From positions 1,888,001-1,952,000 of the forward strand of contig OZ253580.1 in NCBI GenBank assembly GCA_965263035.1: a DNA stretch of 64,000 nucleotides, written 5' to 3'. This DNA comes from Acidobacteriota bacterium. GTDB lineage: Bacteria > Acidobacteriota > UBA6911 > RPQK01 > JAJDTT01. Numbering within the stretch: position 1 is the stretch's first letter; each line of letters begins with the position of its first letter. Position numbers and translations under genes: made by a program. Shown here in pieces: positions 42,171 to 52,262 of this stretch. A model generated the notes under the pieces. It made no database searches. It was not told where the DNA came from and worked only from the letters and a program-made list of their open reading frames with translations.

Positions 42171-43571
42171 ATGTCCCGCATGATTTCCCGGCGCCGGTTT
42201 CTTCAGCTGGCTGCCCAGGGGACGGTCAGTTGCTCCGCGATCCGCGGTACCGTCTCGGCCCTCACCGCAGAATCGGCCGTGGAGCACCTGCTCTGCATGC
42301 CGCCCCACCAATTGGCCAAACTGGAAGAAGCCCGCAAGCGGGGGTTGATGGAACTCGCTCCCGTCAGTCTTCCTCCCGATCCAGGCGCTCTCAACAACCA
42401 CTTCGGATGGCCCGTCGCCGCCCGAACAGGCGACACGCTCATCGTGGTGCACCGCCGGATTCCGGGACATTGGAAGGGACTGGAGCGCACCGACGACCGG
42501 CACAGCTACACCATGGTGGTGCGATCGACGGACGGCGGGAAGACCTGGACCGAGCCTTTCGACCTGCGCCAGGTGATGAGGAGGGAAGACCGCTACCGCG
42601 GCGGTCACATCCCGCTGGCCCACCGCTACAAGTTCGCCCGCGACCAGGATCCGACGCTCGGCTACAAGATCCACCTGAACGCCATTGGGACCACGGCGGA
42701 CGGCGGAGTGGTCCTGGTGAGCGACCACGGCGTCTTTCGCAGCGACGACCGGGGCAGGAACTGGGTCCATTTCTCCCGGGCCATGAGGGAGGACACCACT
42801 CCGGGTCCGGTGCTCTACATCGGTCCGCGCCTGTTCGAGCACCCGGCCTACGGACTCGTGGTGGCGGGACACTCCAACCTGGTGACCGATCAGTACAAGG
42901 AGGGATTGCATCCGCCGGACACGACGGGCGGAAGTGTCCGCATCGCCGACAAGATCCACTTCCGCTACTCACGAGACGGAGGACGGACCTGGGCCGAGGA
43001 GGAGCAGTCTCTGCCCTCCTTCGTGCGTCCCGCCGAGCCGGTCGCCCTGCTGCACGGGAACCGGCTGGCCATCGTGACCCGCAGCTACGATCCCGCCTCC
43101 TACGACGAGGGGACGGACACCTCGGTCTACGCGCAACTCTGGTCCGAGCGAGGCTGGCTTCCCCTCAAATCCAGGCATTCCGGTATCCGCGTCGCCGGCA
43201 GGCGTGGACGGCAGGATACGGCCGACATCGATTTCAATCCGGTCACCGGAAGGATCGAGGCGGTGGTGTCGGCGCGGGCGGGCAGCGGGCCGGGACGTCC
43301 CCACCCGGGGAAGATGTCCCTGAACCTCTGGAGCATCGACCCGGGGGACTTCTTCTCGGGAAGCTCTCGCTGGCGCTTCGACTGCGCGCTCTTCGCGCGC
43401 CGGGAGGCACTGGGCAGGATCGACGGCCTCCACCCGGGAGCTTCCGTCATCGATTCCGAGCGCGGCGTCCAGCACATCTTCGTCTACCTGGGCTATCCGG
43501 CCGGTCCGGCCGGCGTCTTCCGGCTGACGCGCACGCTCGATACCGTCGCCCTGAAGGCCTTCCTGGGCTGA
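42171..43571 (+). CDS. BNR/Asp-box (sialidase-like) exported protein
   Basis: Tat signal SRRRFL; STDGGKTW, SDDRGRNW and SRDGGRTW. Confidence 0.75.
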   Translation: MSRMISRRRFLQLAAQGTVSCSAIRGTVSALTAESAVEHLLCMPPHQLAKLEEARKRGLMELAPVSLPPDPGALNNHFGWPVAARTGDTLIVVHRRIPGHWKGLERTDDRHSYTMVVRSTDGGKTWTEPFDLRQVMRREDRYRGGHIPLAHRYKFARDQDPTLGYKIHLNAIGTTADGGVVLVSDHGVFRSDDRGRNWVHFSRAMREDTTPGPVLYIGPRLFEHPAYGLVVAGHSNLVTDQYKEGLHPPDTTGGSVRIADKIHFRYSRDGGRTWAEEEQSLPSFVRPAEPVALLHGNRLAIVTRSYDPASYDEGTDTSVYAQLWSERGWLPLKSRHSGIRVAGRRGRQDTADIDFNPVTGRIEAVVSARAGSGPGRPHPGKMSLNLWSIDPGDFFSGSSRWRFDCALFARREALGRIDGLHPGASVIDSERGVQHIFVYLGYPAGPAGVFRLTRTLDTVALKAFLG

Positions 43572-43610
43572 CGGATTGGTTCCGGCGGCGAACGGATCTC
43601 GGCGCGGGAG

Positions 43611-44339
43611 TCACTTCTTCCTGGGCTTCGACGGGCGCATCTCGACCCGGCTGACCAGGCACCGCGGATGTTGGGTCAGGATGCCGATGACCACCTCCGC
43701 CACGTCCTCGGGAGCCAGCTTCCACGAATCTCCGCTCCCGTCCTGCGACGACCGCGACTTGGTGTTGACGCTCCCCGGCATGATGTAGGCGACGCGGATG
43801 TCGTCGTGCCGGACCTCCTCCATCAGAGCTTCGCTCAATCCCGTCAACCCGAACTTGGAGGCGTTGTAGGCCGATCCTCCGGCGAAGGCGTTCTTGCCGG
43901 CGAGGCTGCTGATGTTGATGATGAACCCGCCGCCGGTCTTCTTCATCTCCGGGACCGCGAAGTGACAGCCGTAGAAGACACCGTCCAGATTGGTGCCGAT
44001 GGTGGTCCGCCACTCCTCCACCGTCATCTCCTCAACGCTCTTGAAGGCGCGCAAAGCGGCGGCATTGTTGATCAGAATGTCGATCCGCCCGAGCCGGGCG
44101 ACACTGGAACGGATGAGCGCCCGGACCTGCTCCGGTTCCCTGACGTCACAGGTTTGTCCCAGGACCGATCCCGTGCCGCTGCCGCGGAGCGAATCGACCG
44201 CCGCTTCGACGTCTTTTCCGTTGCGGGCGCAGATCATCACTCCCGCACCCGCGCGAACCAGGGCTCGGGCCACGGCGTACCCGATCCCTCGCGAACCGCC
44301 CGTCACCACAGCCCGTTTGCTCGAAAGTGTCATCGTCAT
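43611..44339 (-). CDS. SDR family oxidoreductase
   Basis: TGGSRGIG and YNASK motifs. Confidence 0.9.
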   Translation of the reverse strand: MTMTLSSKRAVVTGGSRGIGYAVARALVRAGAGVMICARNGKDVEAAVDSLRGSGTGSVLGQTCDVREPEQVRALIRSSVARLGRIDILINNAAALRAFKSVEEMTVEEWRTTIGTNLDGVFYGCHFAVPEMKKTGGGFIINISSLAGKNAFAGGSAYNASKFGLTGLSEALMEEVRHDDIRVAYIMPGSVNTKSRSSQDGSGDSWKLAPEDVAEVVIGILTQHPRCLVSRVEMRPSKPRKK

Positions 44340-44535
44340 AAGGAACTCCAGAAACCGCGAAACCGTCCCGGCTGACCTGACCGCCGGCCGCCACCGTCTT
44401 CCATAGTAGTATAGACCGCACTTTTTGAGAGCCGCAGACCCGGCGCCATGGTCGATTGGACGGGACAAGCGTCGGCGGCTGGACAGCCGCCATTCCCGAC
44501 TCGCCCTCCGCGGTCTATTGGAAAGGACGGCTCAC

Positions 44536-45657
44536 ATGGATCGGCGACACTTCCTGACCACCTCCAGCAGCTTGGCGGCGATTTCGGCGCTCGCGGCTTG
44601 CGGCCCTCCCGGGGCTTCACCCACCGGCGCCAAGGCGATCCGGAAGCCTTTGAAGATGCACGTCGGGACCCAACGCTCCAGCACCACTCCCGAGATGCTC
44701 CAGTTCTTCAAACGCCATGGCGTCGATCACTGCTGCGGCTGGCCTCCGGTCAAGGAGGGGGAACCCCGGCGAGACTGGGAGTTCGACGAGATCGCCCAAC
44801 AGAAGGAACTCTGCGCCCGGCACGGTCTCAGCATGGACATGATCGGGGTGCCCTTCATGACGCCCCTTCACATCGACCGGAACCCGCGGGCCGGCATACT
44901 CCTCGGCGAGAACCCGGACCGCGACCGGGAGATCGAGTACGTCCGGAATCTCATCGTCGCCTGCGACCGGGCCGAAGTTCCCTGCTTCAAGTACAACCTG
45001 CGCATTCTGGGGACCATGCGCACCGGACGCACACCCGGAGGCCGGGGCGGGTCCTCCTACAGCACCTGGAAGCTGAATGAGGCCCGGCAGGAACCGCCGC
45101 TGACCCGGGCGGGACCGGTGCCTGCCGAGGTGTTCTGGGAACGGATCGACTACTTCCTGGAGCGGGTGATCCCGGTGTGCAACGAATACCGGGTCCGTGC
45201 CGCCTGTCATCCGCACGATCCGGGCGTCCCGCCCGAGGGCTTTCAGGGCGTGGACCGGGTGTTGGGAACCCCCGAAGGGCTAAAGAAATTCGTGTCGCTG
45301 CACGAGAGTCCCTTCCACGGCCTGAATCTCTGCCTGGGGACCACCGCCGAGATGCTCCGCGATCCGAACCGGGAGATCCATGACATCGTCCGCTACTTCG
45401 GAGAACTCGGGAAGATCTTCAACATCCACTTCCGCAACATCCGCGGCGGACGGGACGACTTCATGGAGGTGTGGCCGGACGAAGGGGACATGAACATGGT
45501 GGAGCTGGCCCTGACGCTGGCCCGGGTGGACTATCCCTACATGGTGATGCCCGACCACGTGCCGCTCCACCCGGACGATCCCGGCGCCAAGCAAGGGTTC
45601 GCCTTCGGATACGGCTATATCAAGGCCATTCTGCAGACGATCGAACTCCTCGCCTGA
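44536..45657 (+). CDS. Mannonate dehydratase (UxuA) family protein with Tat-like N-terminus
   Basis: FLERVIPV, CHPHDP, IHFRNI, PDHVP and FGYGYIKA. Confidence 0.85.
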   Translation: MDRRHFLTTSSSLAAISALAACGPPGASPTGAKAIRKPLKMHVGTQRSSTTPEMLQFFKRHGVDHCCGWPPVKEGEPRRDWEFDEIAQQKELCARHGLSMDMIGVPFMTPLHIDRNPRAGILLGENPDRDREIEYVRNLIVACDRAEVPCFKYNLRILGTMRTGRTPGGRGGSSYSTWKLNEARQEPPLTRAGPVPAEVFWERIDYFLERVIPVCNEYRVRAACHPHDPGVPPEGFQGVDRVLGTPEGLKKFVSLHESPFHGLNLCLGTTAEMLRDPNREIHDIVRYFGELGKIFNIHFRNIRGGRDDFMEVWPDEGDMNMVELALTLARVDYPYMVMPDHVPLHPDDPGAKQGFAFGYGYIKAILQTIELLA

Positions 45658-45709
45658 GGGGAAAGGAGGCAACGGAGTCCGGCGGCAAGAAAGCCGCCGC
45701 TCCCAGCGG

Positions 45710-47965
45710 CTAGGAAGGCGTCGCTCCCGGCGGCTGGCGGGAGGAGAACCGGCGCAAGACGTTGTCGGTGATGCGCGACACCACGTTGTCGTAACCGTTG
45801 TAGGAAAGGCTGCCGCACCAGGCGATCGATCCCACCGAGAAGACGGCTCCGCCGCGGGGCCCTTCGAAGTAGACCATGTCCGATCGGATCAGCGGGCTCT
45901 TGTCGCCGAACAGAGGACCGCTCAGATCGTGGAGATCTTCCAGCACGCACTGGTAACCGGCGGAGTGGCCGAAAGAGGTCGCCAGCACCAGGGCGTGGGC
46001 CGGACTGCCCAGATCCAGATCGAATCGATCGAGCTCAAAACCGGCGGCGCCATATCGGAAGGCCAGTGATTCGAAGTCGCCGATCAGCTCGTCCGCGCCG
46101 ATCCCCTCGAAGATGAAGGCGGCCCTGGGGTCGAAGCTGTCCGGCCGGCGGCGATAGGGACGGCCCGTTCCCGTCCCCTGGGACGCCATTCCCACGCCGA
46201 CCAGCTTCTGCGGCGCCCGGTTCCGGAAGCGCCAGAGGCCGCCGAGTTCACCCGTCGTACTGTGATAGTACTGCCCCGGTTCGGCCTCGCAGCTTCTGGT
46301 GCCGGCCCAGCGTCGCACTTCGATGACGTGGGACCGCTCGGGATCGACGGTGGTCACCCAGTAGAAGCCGTTTCCCCCCAGGTACATGAAGCGTCCTCCC
46401 CGAGCCTGGTACGCCTGTAGGGCGTCGCTCATCCGCCGGGTCCAATATTCGGGGTGGGTGCCGCTGACGATGACCCTGTAGGGCGAGAGCAGTTCGACAC
46501 CTTCGTGATGCAGGTCCTCGTCGGTGATCACGTCGTAGCGGTGCGACTTGGCCTCCAGCCAGTCCACCAGGTGGAGGTCGGCGCTGAACTGATGGGGTGA
46601 ACCTGCACCCAGGGAGAGCGGGGGCAGACGGTGTCCCGGCCTCATGTTGACGATGGGCCTGAGGCGGGAAGAGTAATGGACGCTGCTCCCGTCGGTATGC
46701 AGATCGTACAGGCTGTGGAGCCGTTCATTGACGATGAACTGGTCCGCGGGCCGTGAAGAGCCGGGCTTCAGGCCCTTGACCTCCATCCGGTCCGGGTTGT
46801 TGAACTTCTGGTTGGCGTAGGCGAGATAGCTGAAGGTGGGCGCCAGGAAGGCAATGTCGGCAGTCCTGGTGCCTTGCCGGGGCCGGACGAAGAAGGGGAT
46901 ATGGTCCTCGGCGTCCGAGGCGGTCAACCTGGCGGCGTAGACACCGCTGGGGAGGTCTCTCGGGACCGCAAACTCGAAGTCGACGTCCCACCCGGCATCC
47001 TCCAGGTCGTCGTCATGGAAGTGGATCGCCCCGTATTCGTCGGGAGCCGCCTTGAAATCGACTTCGTCGCCGGTCCAGTCGTGGCCGGTCACGGCTCTCG
47101 CCGGCAGGTTCACGGTGTGTCCGTGCAGGCCGTGCGGACCCGTGTCCGTGACCGCTCGTCCCGAAGGGCCGAGGGAGAAATCCCAGGCCGCAAGCAAACC
47201 CTCACGGGCGGCGCCAGGCGCCCAGCCCCGCTTGAGCCCCTCGATCCCACCGGGCTCCAGGGCCCGTCCGTAAAGGCAGGGACCGTCGATCTTGCCGTTG
47301 AAATGCCCCGTCACCTGCGCCCGGGATCCGTCCGGCCGCTTCCAGCAGGCTCCCATCAGGAGGGGGAAGGAACGGGCAACGATGCCGCCCCCCGCGGCCG
47401 GGTCGCTCACCACCGCTCCCGACCGATCTCCCGGCCATCGGGTGAGGGGCTCCTGCCAGAGCCGCACGCTGCCTTTGGCGGCGTCCCAGGTGGCCGCCAC
47501 GAAGTACCATTGCGACGGCGTCAGCGCCGCATCGGTCCGGAATTTCTCCACCCGGCCGTGTCCGTCGCCAATCCACAAACTCAGCCCCCGGTCCCCGTCG
47601 ATGAACAGGCCGTAACCAGCCTGATCCGATTCGGACCATTGGGTCAGAATCCCCTGCCCCGCCTTGTCCGGTGTCGTGGGACGGATCCAGGCCTGAACCG
47701 TGAACCCGTTCGCGAAGTCGAGGGCCGACGGATCGGGGACCATGAGATACGAGCCGCGATGGAGCTCCTGGACCCGGCCCGGGTACTCCCCGTTCGCGGG
47801 AGCCGCCACCGGCTCGGACTTGACGCCGGGCCCCTTGGGGTTGTCGTCGCCGTGAATCAGACGCACGATCTCGGCCCGATAGGCGGACGCTTGGCAACTG
47901 ACCATGAACCGGACCGTCTCGCCCTGCTGGACGCTGAGCCGGTCGCCGTAGCCGACAATCTTCAT
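45710..47965 (-). CDS. N,N-dimethylformamidase beta-subunit family protein with LamG-like insert
   Basis: IHFHDDD, PTFSYLAYAN, SLYDLHTDG, HPEYW, YLGGNGFYW and VSRITDNVLRRF. Confidence 0.85.
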   Translation of the reverse strand: MKIVGYGDRLSVQQGETVRFMVSCQASAYRAEIVRLIHGDDNPKGPGVKSEPVAAPANGEYPGRVQELHRGSYLMVPDPSALDFANGFTVQAWIRPTTPDKAGQGILTQWSESDQAGYGLFIDGDRGLSLWIGDGHGRVEKFRTDAALTPSQWYFVAATWDAAKGSVRLWQEPLTRWPGDRSGAVVSDPAAGGGIVARSFPLLMGACWKRPDGSRAQVTGHFNGKIDGPCLYGRALEPGGIEGLKRGWAPGAAREGLLAAWDFSLGPSGRAVTDTGPHGLHGHTVNLPARAVTGHDWTGDEVDFKAAPDEYGAIHFHDDDLEDAGWDVDFEFAVPRDLPSGVYAARLTASDAEDHIPFFVRPRQGTRTADIAFLAPTFSYLAYANQKFNNPDRMEVKGLKPGSSRPADQFIVNERLHSLYDLHTDGSSVHYSSRLRPIVNMRPGHRLPPLSLGAGSPHQFSADLHLVDWLEAKSHRYDVITDEDLHHEGVELLSPYRVIVSGTHPEYWTRRMSDALQAYQARGGRFMYLGGNGFYWVTTVDPERSHVIEVRRWAGTRSCEAEPGQYYHSTTGELGGLWRFRNRAPQKLVGVGMASQGTGTGRPYRRRPDSFDPRAAFIFEGIGADELIGDFESLAFRYGAAGFELDRFDLDLGSPAHALVLATSFGHSAGYQCVLEDLHDLSGPLFGDKSPLIRSDMVYFEGPRGGAVFSVGSIAWCGSLSYNGYDNVVSRITDNVLRRFSSRQPPGATPS

Positions 47966-48097
47966 TCGGACCTCTCCGCTCTCACGTTGACATCCCCCAG
48001 CGCGGGGCGTCTAATGTGGATCAGTTTCATAAAAGGGGTCGTGAATAACCACGACTCGTCCGACCCCAATTCCATTTGGTTCAGGAAGGTTAGCACA

Positions 48098-49114
48098 ATG
48101 GCAGAAGCGAAAGGCAAGCTGAAACGGGATCGTTTCTACACCGAAGACGACGCCGACCTCGGGCTGATCAAGGACCGTCCGATCGCGGTTCTTGGCTACG
48201 GCAGCCAGGGGCACGCCCAGGCCCAGAACATGAGGGACCAGGGTCTCGACGTGATCATCGGCAACGTCGAAGACCGCTTCGCGGAACAGGCCCGGGGCGA
48301 CGGGTTCGAAGTCGTTCCCATCGCCGAAGCCGTCCAGCGCGGCCGGGTGATCCTGATGCTGATTCCCGACGAGGTGCAGCCCGCCGTCTACAGGACCGAC
48401 ATCGGACCGCACCTGACCCCGGACCACACGCTGGTGTTCGCCAGCGGATACGCCGTGCATTTCGGACTCATCACCCCGCCCGACTTCCTGGACGTGATTC
48501 TGGCCGTTCCCACCTGCGTGGGAGCCATCGTCCGTGAACGCTATGCCCGGGGCCAAGGAGTCTTCGGTCACTTCGGCGTCCACCAGGACGTTACGGGACA
48601 GGCCCACGATCTCGCCCTGGCGGTCGCCATGGGGATCGGCATCCTGCGCTTCGGCGCCACCGAAACCACGTTCGGCGACGAGGTCGCGGTCAATCTGTTC
48701 GCCGAGACCGCGGGCCTGAGCGGCATGATCAAATACCTCCTGACCGCCTTCGAGGTCCTGGTGGAAGCCGGCTTTTCGGCCGAGAAGGCCTACGGCGAGA
48801 CCTTCTACGAGATTCAGTTCCTCACCGAGTCCATATGCCGAATGCCCTTCGGCCAGGCGGTCGCCTTCGGATCGCCCACCGCCACCTACCTGGCGCTGAC
48901 CAAGACCGGCGACGTGGTCACCGAGGACGTTCGGGAGCGGATGCACCAGATGCTGACCCGCATCCAGGCCGGTGAGCTGGTGCGCGACTGGAACCTGGAG
49001 CAGCTGGCCGGCTGCCCGGTCCTGAACCAGTGCCGGCGGCAGATCCTGGAACACCCCATCAGCGAGGTGGAGCAACTCTTTCTGGAGAGGAAGATGGCGT
49101 CGGGCGGCGTCTAG
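48098..49114 (+). CDS. Ketol-acid reductoisomerase-like protein (divergent IlvC paralog)
   Basis: GYGSQGHAQAQN, LIPDE and FEVLVEAG; several active-site motifs are altered. Confidence 0.75.
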   Translation: MAEAKGKLKRDRFYTEDDADLGLIKDRPIAVLGYGSQGHAQAQNMRDQGLDVIIGNVEDRFAEQARGDGFEVVPIAEAVQRGRVILMLIPDEVQPAVYRTDIGPHLTPDHTLVFASGYAVHFGLITPPDFLDVILAVPTCVGAIVRERYARGQGVFGHFGVHQDVTGQAHDLALAVAMGIGILRFGATETTFGDEVAVNLFAETAGLSGMIKYLLTAFEVLVEAGFSAEKAYGETFYEIQFLTESICRMPFGQAVAFGSPTATYLALTKTGDVVTEDVRERMHQMLTRIQAGELVRDWNLEQLAGCPVLNQCRRQILEHPISEVEQLFLERKMASGGV

Positions 49115-49189
49115 ACGTGGGTCTTGGTCCCCCATCGCATCCACTCTACCGGCGTCCTGATCGACCTGTAACCCGGTCCTGGTTTCGGA

Positions 49190-50275
49190 TCAGGGCGTGC
49201 TTCCCCAAACCTCGGCCAAATGGCCGCTCCACCCCAGGATGAACATCGCAGAAATCAGGATCATGACGGCGATGCCCATGACTTCGAGCGGTTTCCTGCC
49301 GCTCCCGGCCCATTCGCCGCTGAGCGCGCCCCAGAGATTGGCGCTCAGGATTCCCATCGAGGAGAGCATGGGGAAGCCGATCACCTCACCCAGGTTGCCG
49401 ATCTTCCAGGTGCCGACCCCGTAAAGCAGCAGCCCCATGGGGCCCAGGAGTCCCATGCCCAGGCCGATGACGTAGTCCCGGGAGGGTGGCAAGAACAGCC
49501 CCCAGGTCTTTTTCTTGGTGATGACGTAGGCGCAGTAGGCCGCATTGACCAGGGAGCCGGCCGTCATCCCGATGGCCCAGATCACGTTCAGGGCCAGAAA
49601 GGGAAGGGTGCCGCGTTGCTCGGCCAGTTCCGCCAAGGGAGCCCCGTAGGCGAAACTCAGATTGATCATGGGGTTGAGGAGGCCTGAAAGAACGGCCGCG
49701 ATCACGCCGTACTTGACGTGAATGTCGAGCCGCCACTGCTTGACCTCGCCGCCCGCCGAGCCGGCGTCCGCCGGGGCCATGTGTTTGTCCTTGAGGTGCC
49801 CGGCCCAGGAACAGAACACGACTCCCACCACCGCCAGCAGGACGCCGCCCATGATGATCCGTCCCTGCATGGTGAAGACATCGTCGGGGTGGAGCAGCAC
49901 CAGGGGAGACAGGGACCCGACCGCCGCCCCCAACCCGGTGGCGATGGCGTAACTCAGGCCCATGCCCGCCATCTTCAGGGCGAGTCCGAAGAAGACTGCC
50001 CCGAATCCGAATCCGAAACCGAAGATGAAGACCCGGAAGATATCGAGGCCGGACGCTTCCGCCAGCACGCCCATGAAGTCGTTGACCGTGAAAAAACTCA
50101 GGATCCAGGGAATGAAGCAGAAGGAGATGACCGAATACACCATCCAGAGGTGCTCCCACCTCCAGACCCGGATCCACTTCAGGGCCAGCCCGAGCCCGCC
50201 GTCAATGAAGGCGCCCAGGGAGATCAGGGCAATGCCGGCAACGATATGGGCGGAGTCACCGAACATTTCAATCAC
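49190..50275 (-). CDS. RhaT-like sugar/proton symporter
   Basis: WRWEHLW, about 10 TM segments, NLWGALSGEW. Confidence 0.8.
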   Translation of the reverse strand: MIEMFGDSAHIVAGIALISLGAFIDGGLGLALKWIRVWRWEHLWMVYSVISFCFIPWILSFFTVNDFMGVLAEASGLDIFRVFIFGFGFGFGAVFFGLALKMAGMGLSYAIATGLGAAVGSLSPLVLLHPDDVFTMQGRIIMGGVLLAVVGVVFCSWAGHLKDKHMAPADAGSAGGEVKQWRLDIHVKYGVIAAVLSGLLNPMINLSFAYGAPLAELAEQRGTLPFLALNVIWAIGMTAGSLVNAAYCAYVITKKKTWGLFLPPSRDYVIGLGMGLLGPMGLLLYGVGTWKIGNLGEVIGFPMLSSMGILSANLWGALSGEWAGSGRKPLEVMGIAVMILISAMFILGWSGHLAEVWGSTP

Positions 50276-50780
50276 CTGCTTTCAGACTCGCCCGGGTGGG
50301 AAGGGCTTGGGATCACGAACGCCGCCGCACGATGCGGCCGGTCACGATGGTCAGAAGTCTACATGGAGGATCGAGGAAAGAGAAAAAAGAAAAGAGGAAA
50401 GAGAGAAGAGTATTAGGACAAAGACCGGTACGTGCCCCTGGGGGCGCCCCATGTGGGTGCCATCGTTCACTCACCGCGCATCTAAATTCGATTCCTGGTT
50501 CCTCGGAACAGGTGTTTTTTACTATAAATAGCGAAAACACAGCCAGTTTTTACTATTGACAGACAATTTGGCTGAAGAAGAGAGGAACGACCGCGTTACG
50601 GTCGGCGTGGGACCTCCCTGCTGATTCGATGATGCGTTGGGAGGCCGGCGGGTCGAAAGGCGCCGCTCCCAAGGTTGGAAAGCGTTTTCACGCGATGATT
50701 CGCAATTCCCCGGCTCGGGGGTTTCCGATCTGCAATACTGGGGAAACCGACAACCGGCCCGCCGCACTGGAGGACGAGGA

Positions 50781-52085
50781 TTGGGTTCCAGCTACCGACT
50801 GACCCGGCGCGAACTGCTCAGACGCGGGGTCATGACCGCGGGAACGGCGGCGGCGGTGCCCTTCGTGGACGGTTGCGGGCCGGACGGCGACCCCAACCGG
50901 CTCACCCTCCGAACCTGGAGTCCGGACACCCGGGACGCGGCGCTGGCTTCGGAGAGGTGGTGGCATGACGCCTTCATGGCCGCCCATCCTCAGTTACGCG
51001 TGGAGCAGCTGACGGTCCCCTACGACGAGGACACGATCAAGCTCAAGGCCGCGCACCGGGCCGGGACCAGCGTCCCGGACATCCTCTGGACCTACAATCA
51101 GAACCTCTACGCCTACGGCCTCGAAGGGCTGGTCCGCCCCATCAACGACCTCATGTCCCGAATCGGCCTGGACCGGTTCCCACAGCAGGTTCTGGACGGG
51201 ATCCGGGTGGACGGGACCTACTATTCCGTTCCCTTCGTCGGCTTCCCCTTTTTCATCTACTGCCGGAAGGACCTCTACGCCGCCAAGGGACTGCGTCCCC
51301 CCGAAACGCATGAGGAGTTGCTGGAGAACGTGGCCGCCCTCCACGATCCACCCGACCGCTACGGCTACCTGCTGACGAACCAGTACATCGCCGACACCTT
51401 CAACCTCAAGACGGCCATGTGGACCCACGGAGCCTATTTCTTCGACGCCGGGGACAACCTGGCGCTGGACCGGCCCGAGACGCTCCGCGCCTGGGCCTTC
51501 TACAAGGAGCTGGGGAAATACTCCCCGCCCGGTTCGATGGCCCAGGGCGACCTGGAGAGCCGGGAGCTGATGCTGGACGGCCGGGTGGCCCACATGTTCA
51601 CCACCACCAGCTTCGCCGCCGACTTCGCCCCCGAGGACATGATCCGTCAGGGGGCATTCGTGTACCCCATCCAGCCCGGGGCCAAGGGAGCGTCCCTGGA
51701 CTTCAATGCGCTCTCCCTGCCGACCCGGTCGAGGCAACCCGAATTGGCCAAGGACATGATCGGATTCCTCCTGGAGCCGGAGAACTTCCAGGAGTTCCTG
51801 ACCCGAACCGTGGTGGGATGGGTTCCCATGCTGGAAGACGCCTGGACCGGCCGGTATCTGAATCACCCCCGGATCGCGGCGGTGAGGGAGTACCTGGAAG
51901 TGGGCCGGATTTCGCAGAAGACCGGGATCGTCTCCACCGGGTATTTCGGTCCTTCCCGGCACTCCGGAGTCCTGATCGCCACCGACGTCGAAAAACAGAT
52001 CGGGGACCGCCTGGTGGTCTTCGACCAGAGTCCCGAGGAGGTCCTGGAATGGGCCGACTCGGTGCTGCGGAAAGCACTTGCCTAG
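50781..52085 (+). CDS. Sugar ABC transporter substrate-binding protein (Tat)
   Basis: TRRELLRRG, PDIL, YYSVPF and RKDLY; start uncertain. Confidence 0.85.
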   Translation: MGSSYRLTRRELLRRGVMTAGTAAAVPFVDGCGPDGDPNRLTLRTWSPDTRDAALASERWWHDAFMAAHPQLRVEQLTVPYDEDTIKLKAAHRAGTSVPDILWTYNQNLYAYGLEGLVRPINDLMSRIGLDRFPQQVLDGIRVDGTYYSVPFVGFPFFIYCRKDLYAAKGLRPPETHEELLENVAALHDPPDRYGYLLTNQYIADTFNLKTAMWTHGAYFFDAGDNLALDRPETLRAWAFYKELGKYSPPGSMAQGDLESRELMLDGRVAHMFTTTSFAADFAPEDMIRQGAFVYPIQPGAKGASLDFNALSLPTRSRQPELAKDMIGFLLEPENFQEFLTRTVVGWVPMLEDAWTGRYLNHPRIAAVREYLEVGRISQKTGIVSTGYFGPSRHSGVLIATDVEKQIGDRLVVFDQSPEEVLEWADSVLRKALA

Positions 52086-52243
52086 GAGTCTGCGCCGTAG
52101 GAATGATCGTAGCGAGAAAGTGGGGAATCGAGGCCAGATTTTCTCGATTTGGAGGTGCATAGTCGTTCTATTCGCCGAGAAATCGAGGAAATATGGACCG
52201 ATTCACCGCTTTCGCAGTAGATCAATTTCTGCGGCGCAGGCTC
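52086..52243 (-). mobile_element. MITE copy 5 (inverted, inside the ABC operon)
   Basis: CTAG at 52082-52085 (contains the stop codon) and at 52244-52247. Confidence 0.9.
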
Positions 52244-52262
52244 CTAGAGTTTCGGATCCTGG

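Noticed and set aside
45675-45706. GC-rich hairpins ending CGCCGCTCCCA (also about 50637-50673) as a repeat family
   Set aside because: Only two dissimilar copies were seen; they may be ordinary terminators or REP remnants.
46874-48097. 408-aa N-terminal extension of the KARI-like ORF
   Set aside because: It is mostly antisense to the dimethylformamidase-like gene; the real start is ATG 48098 after GGAAGG.
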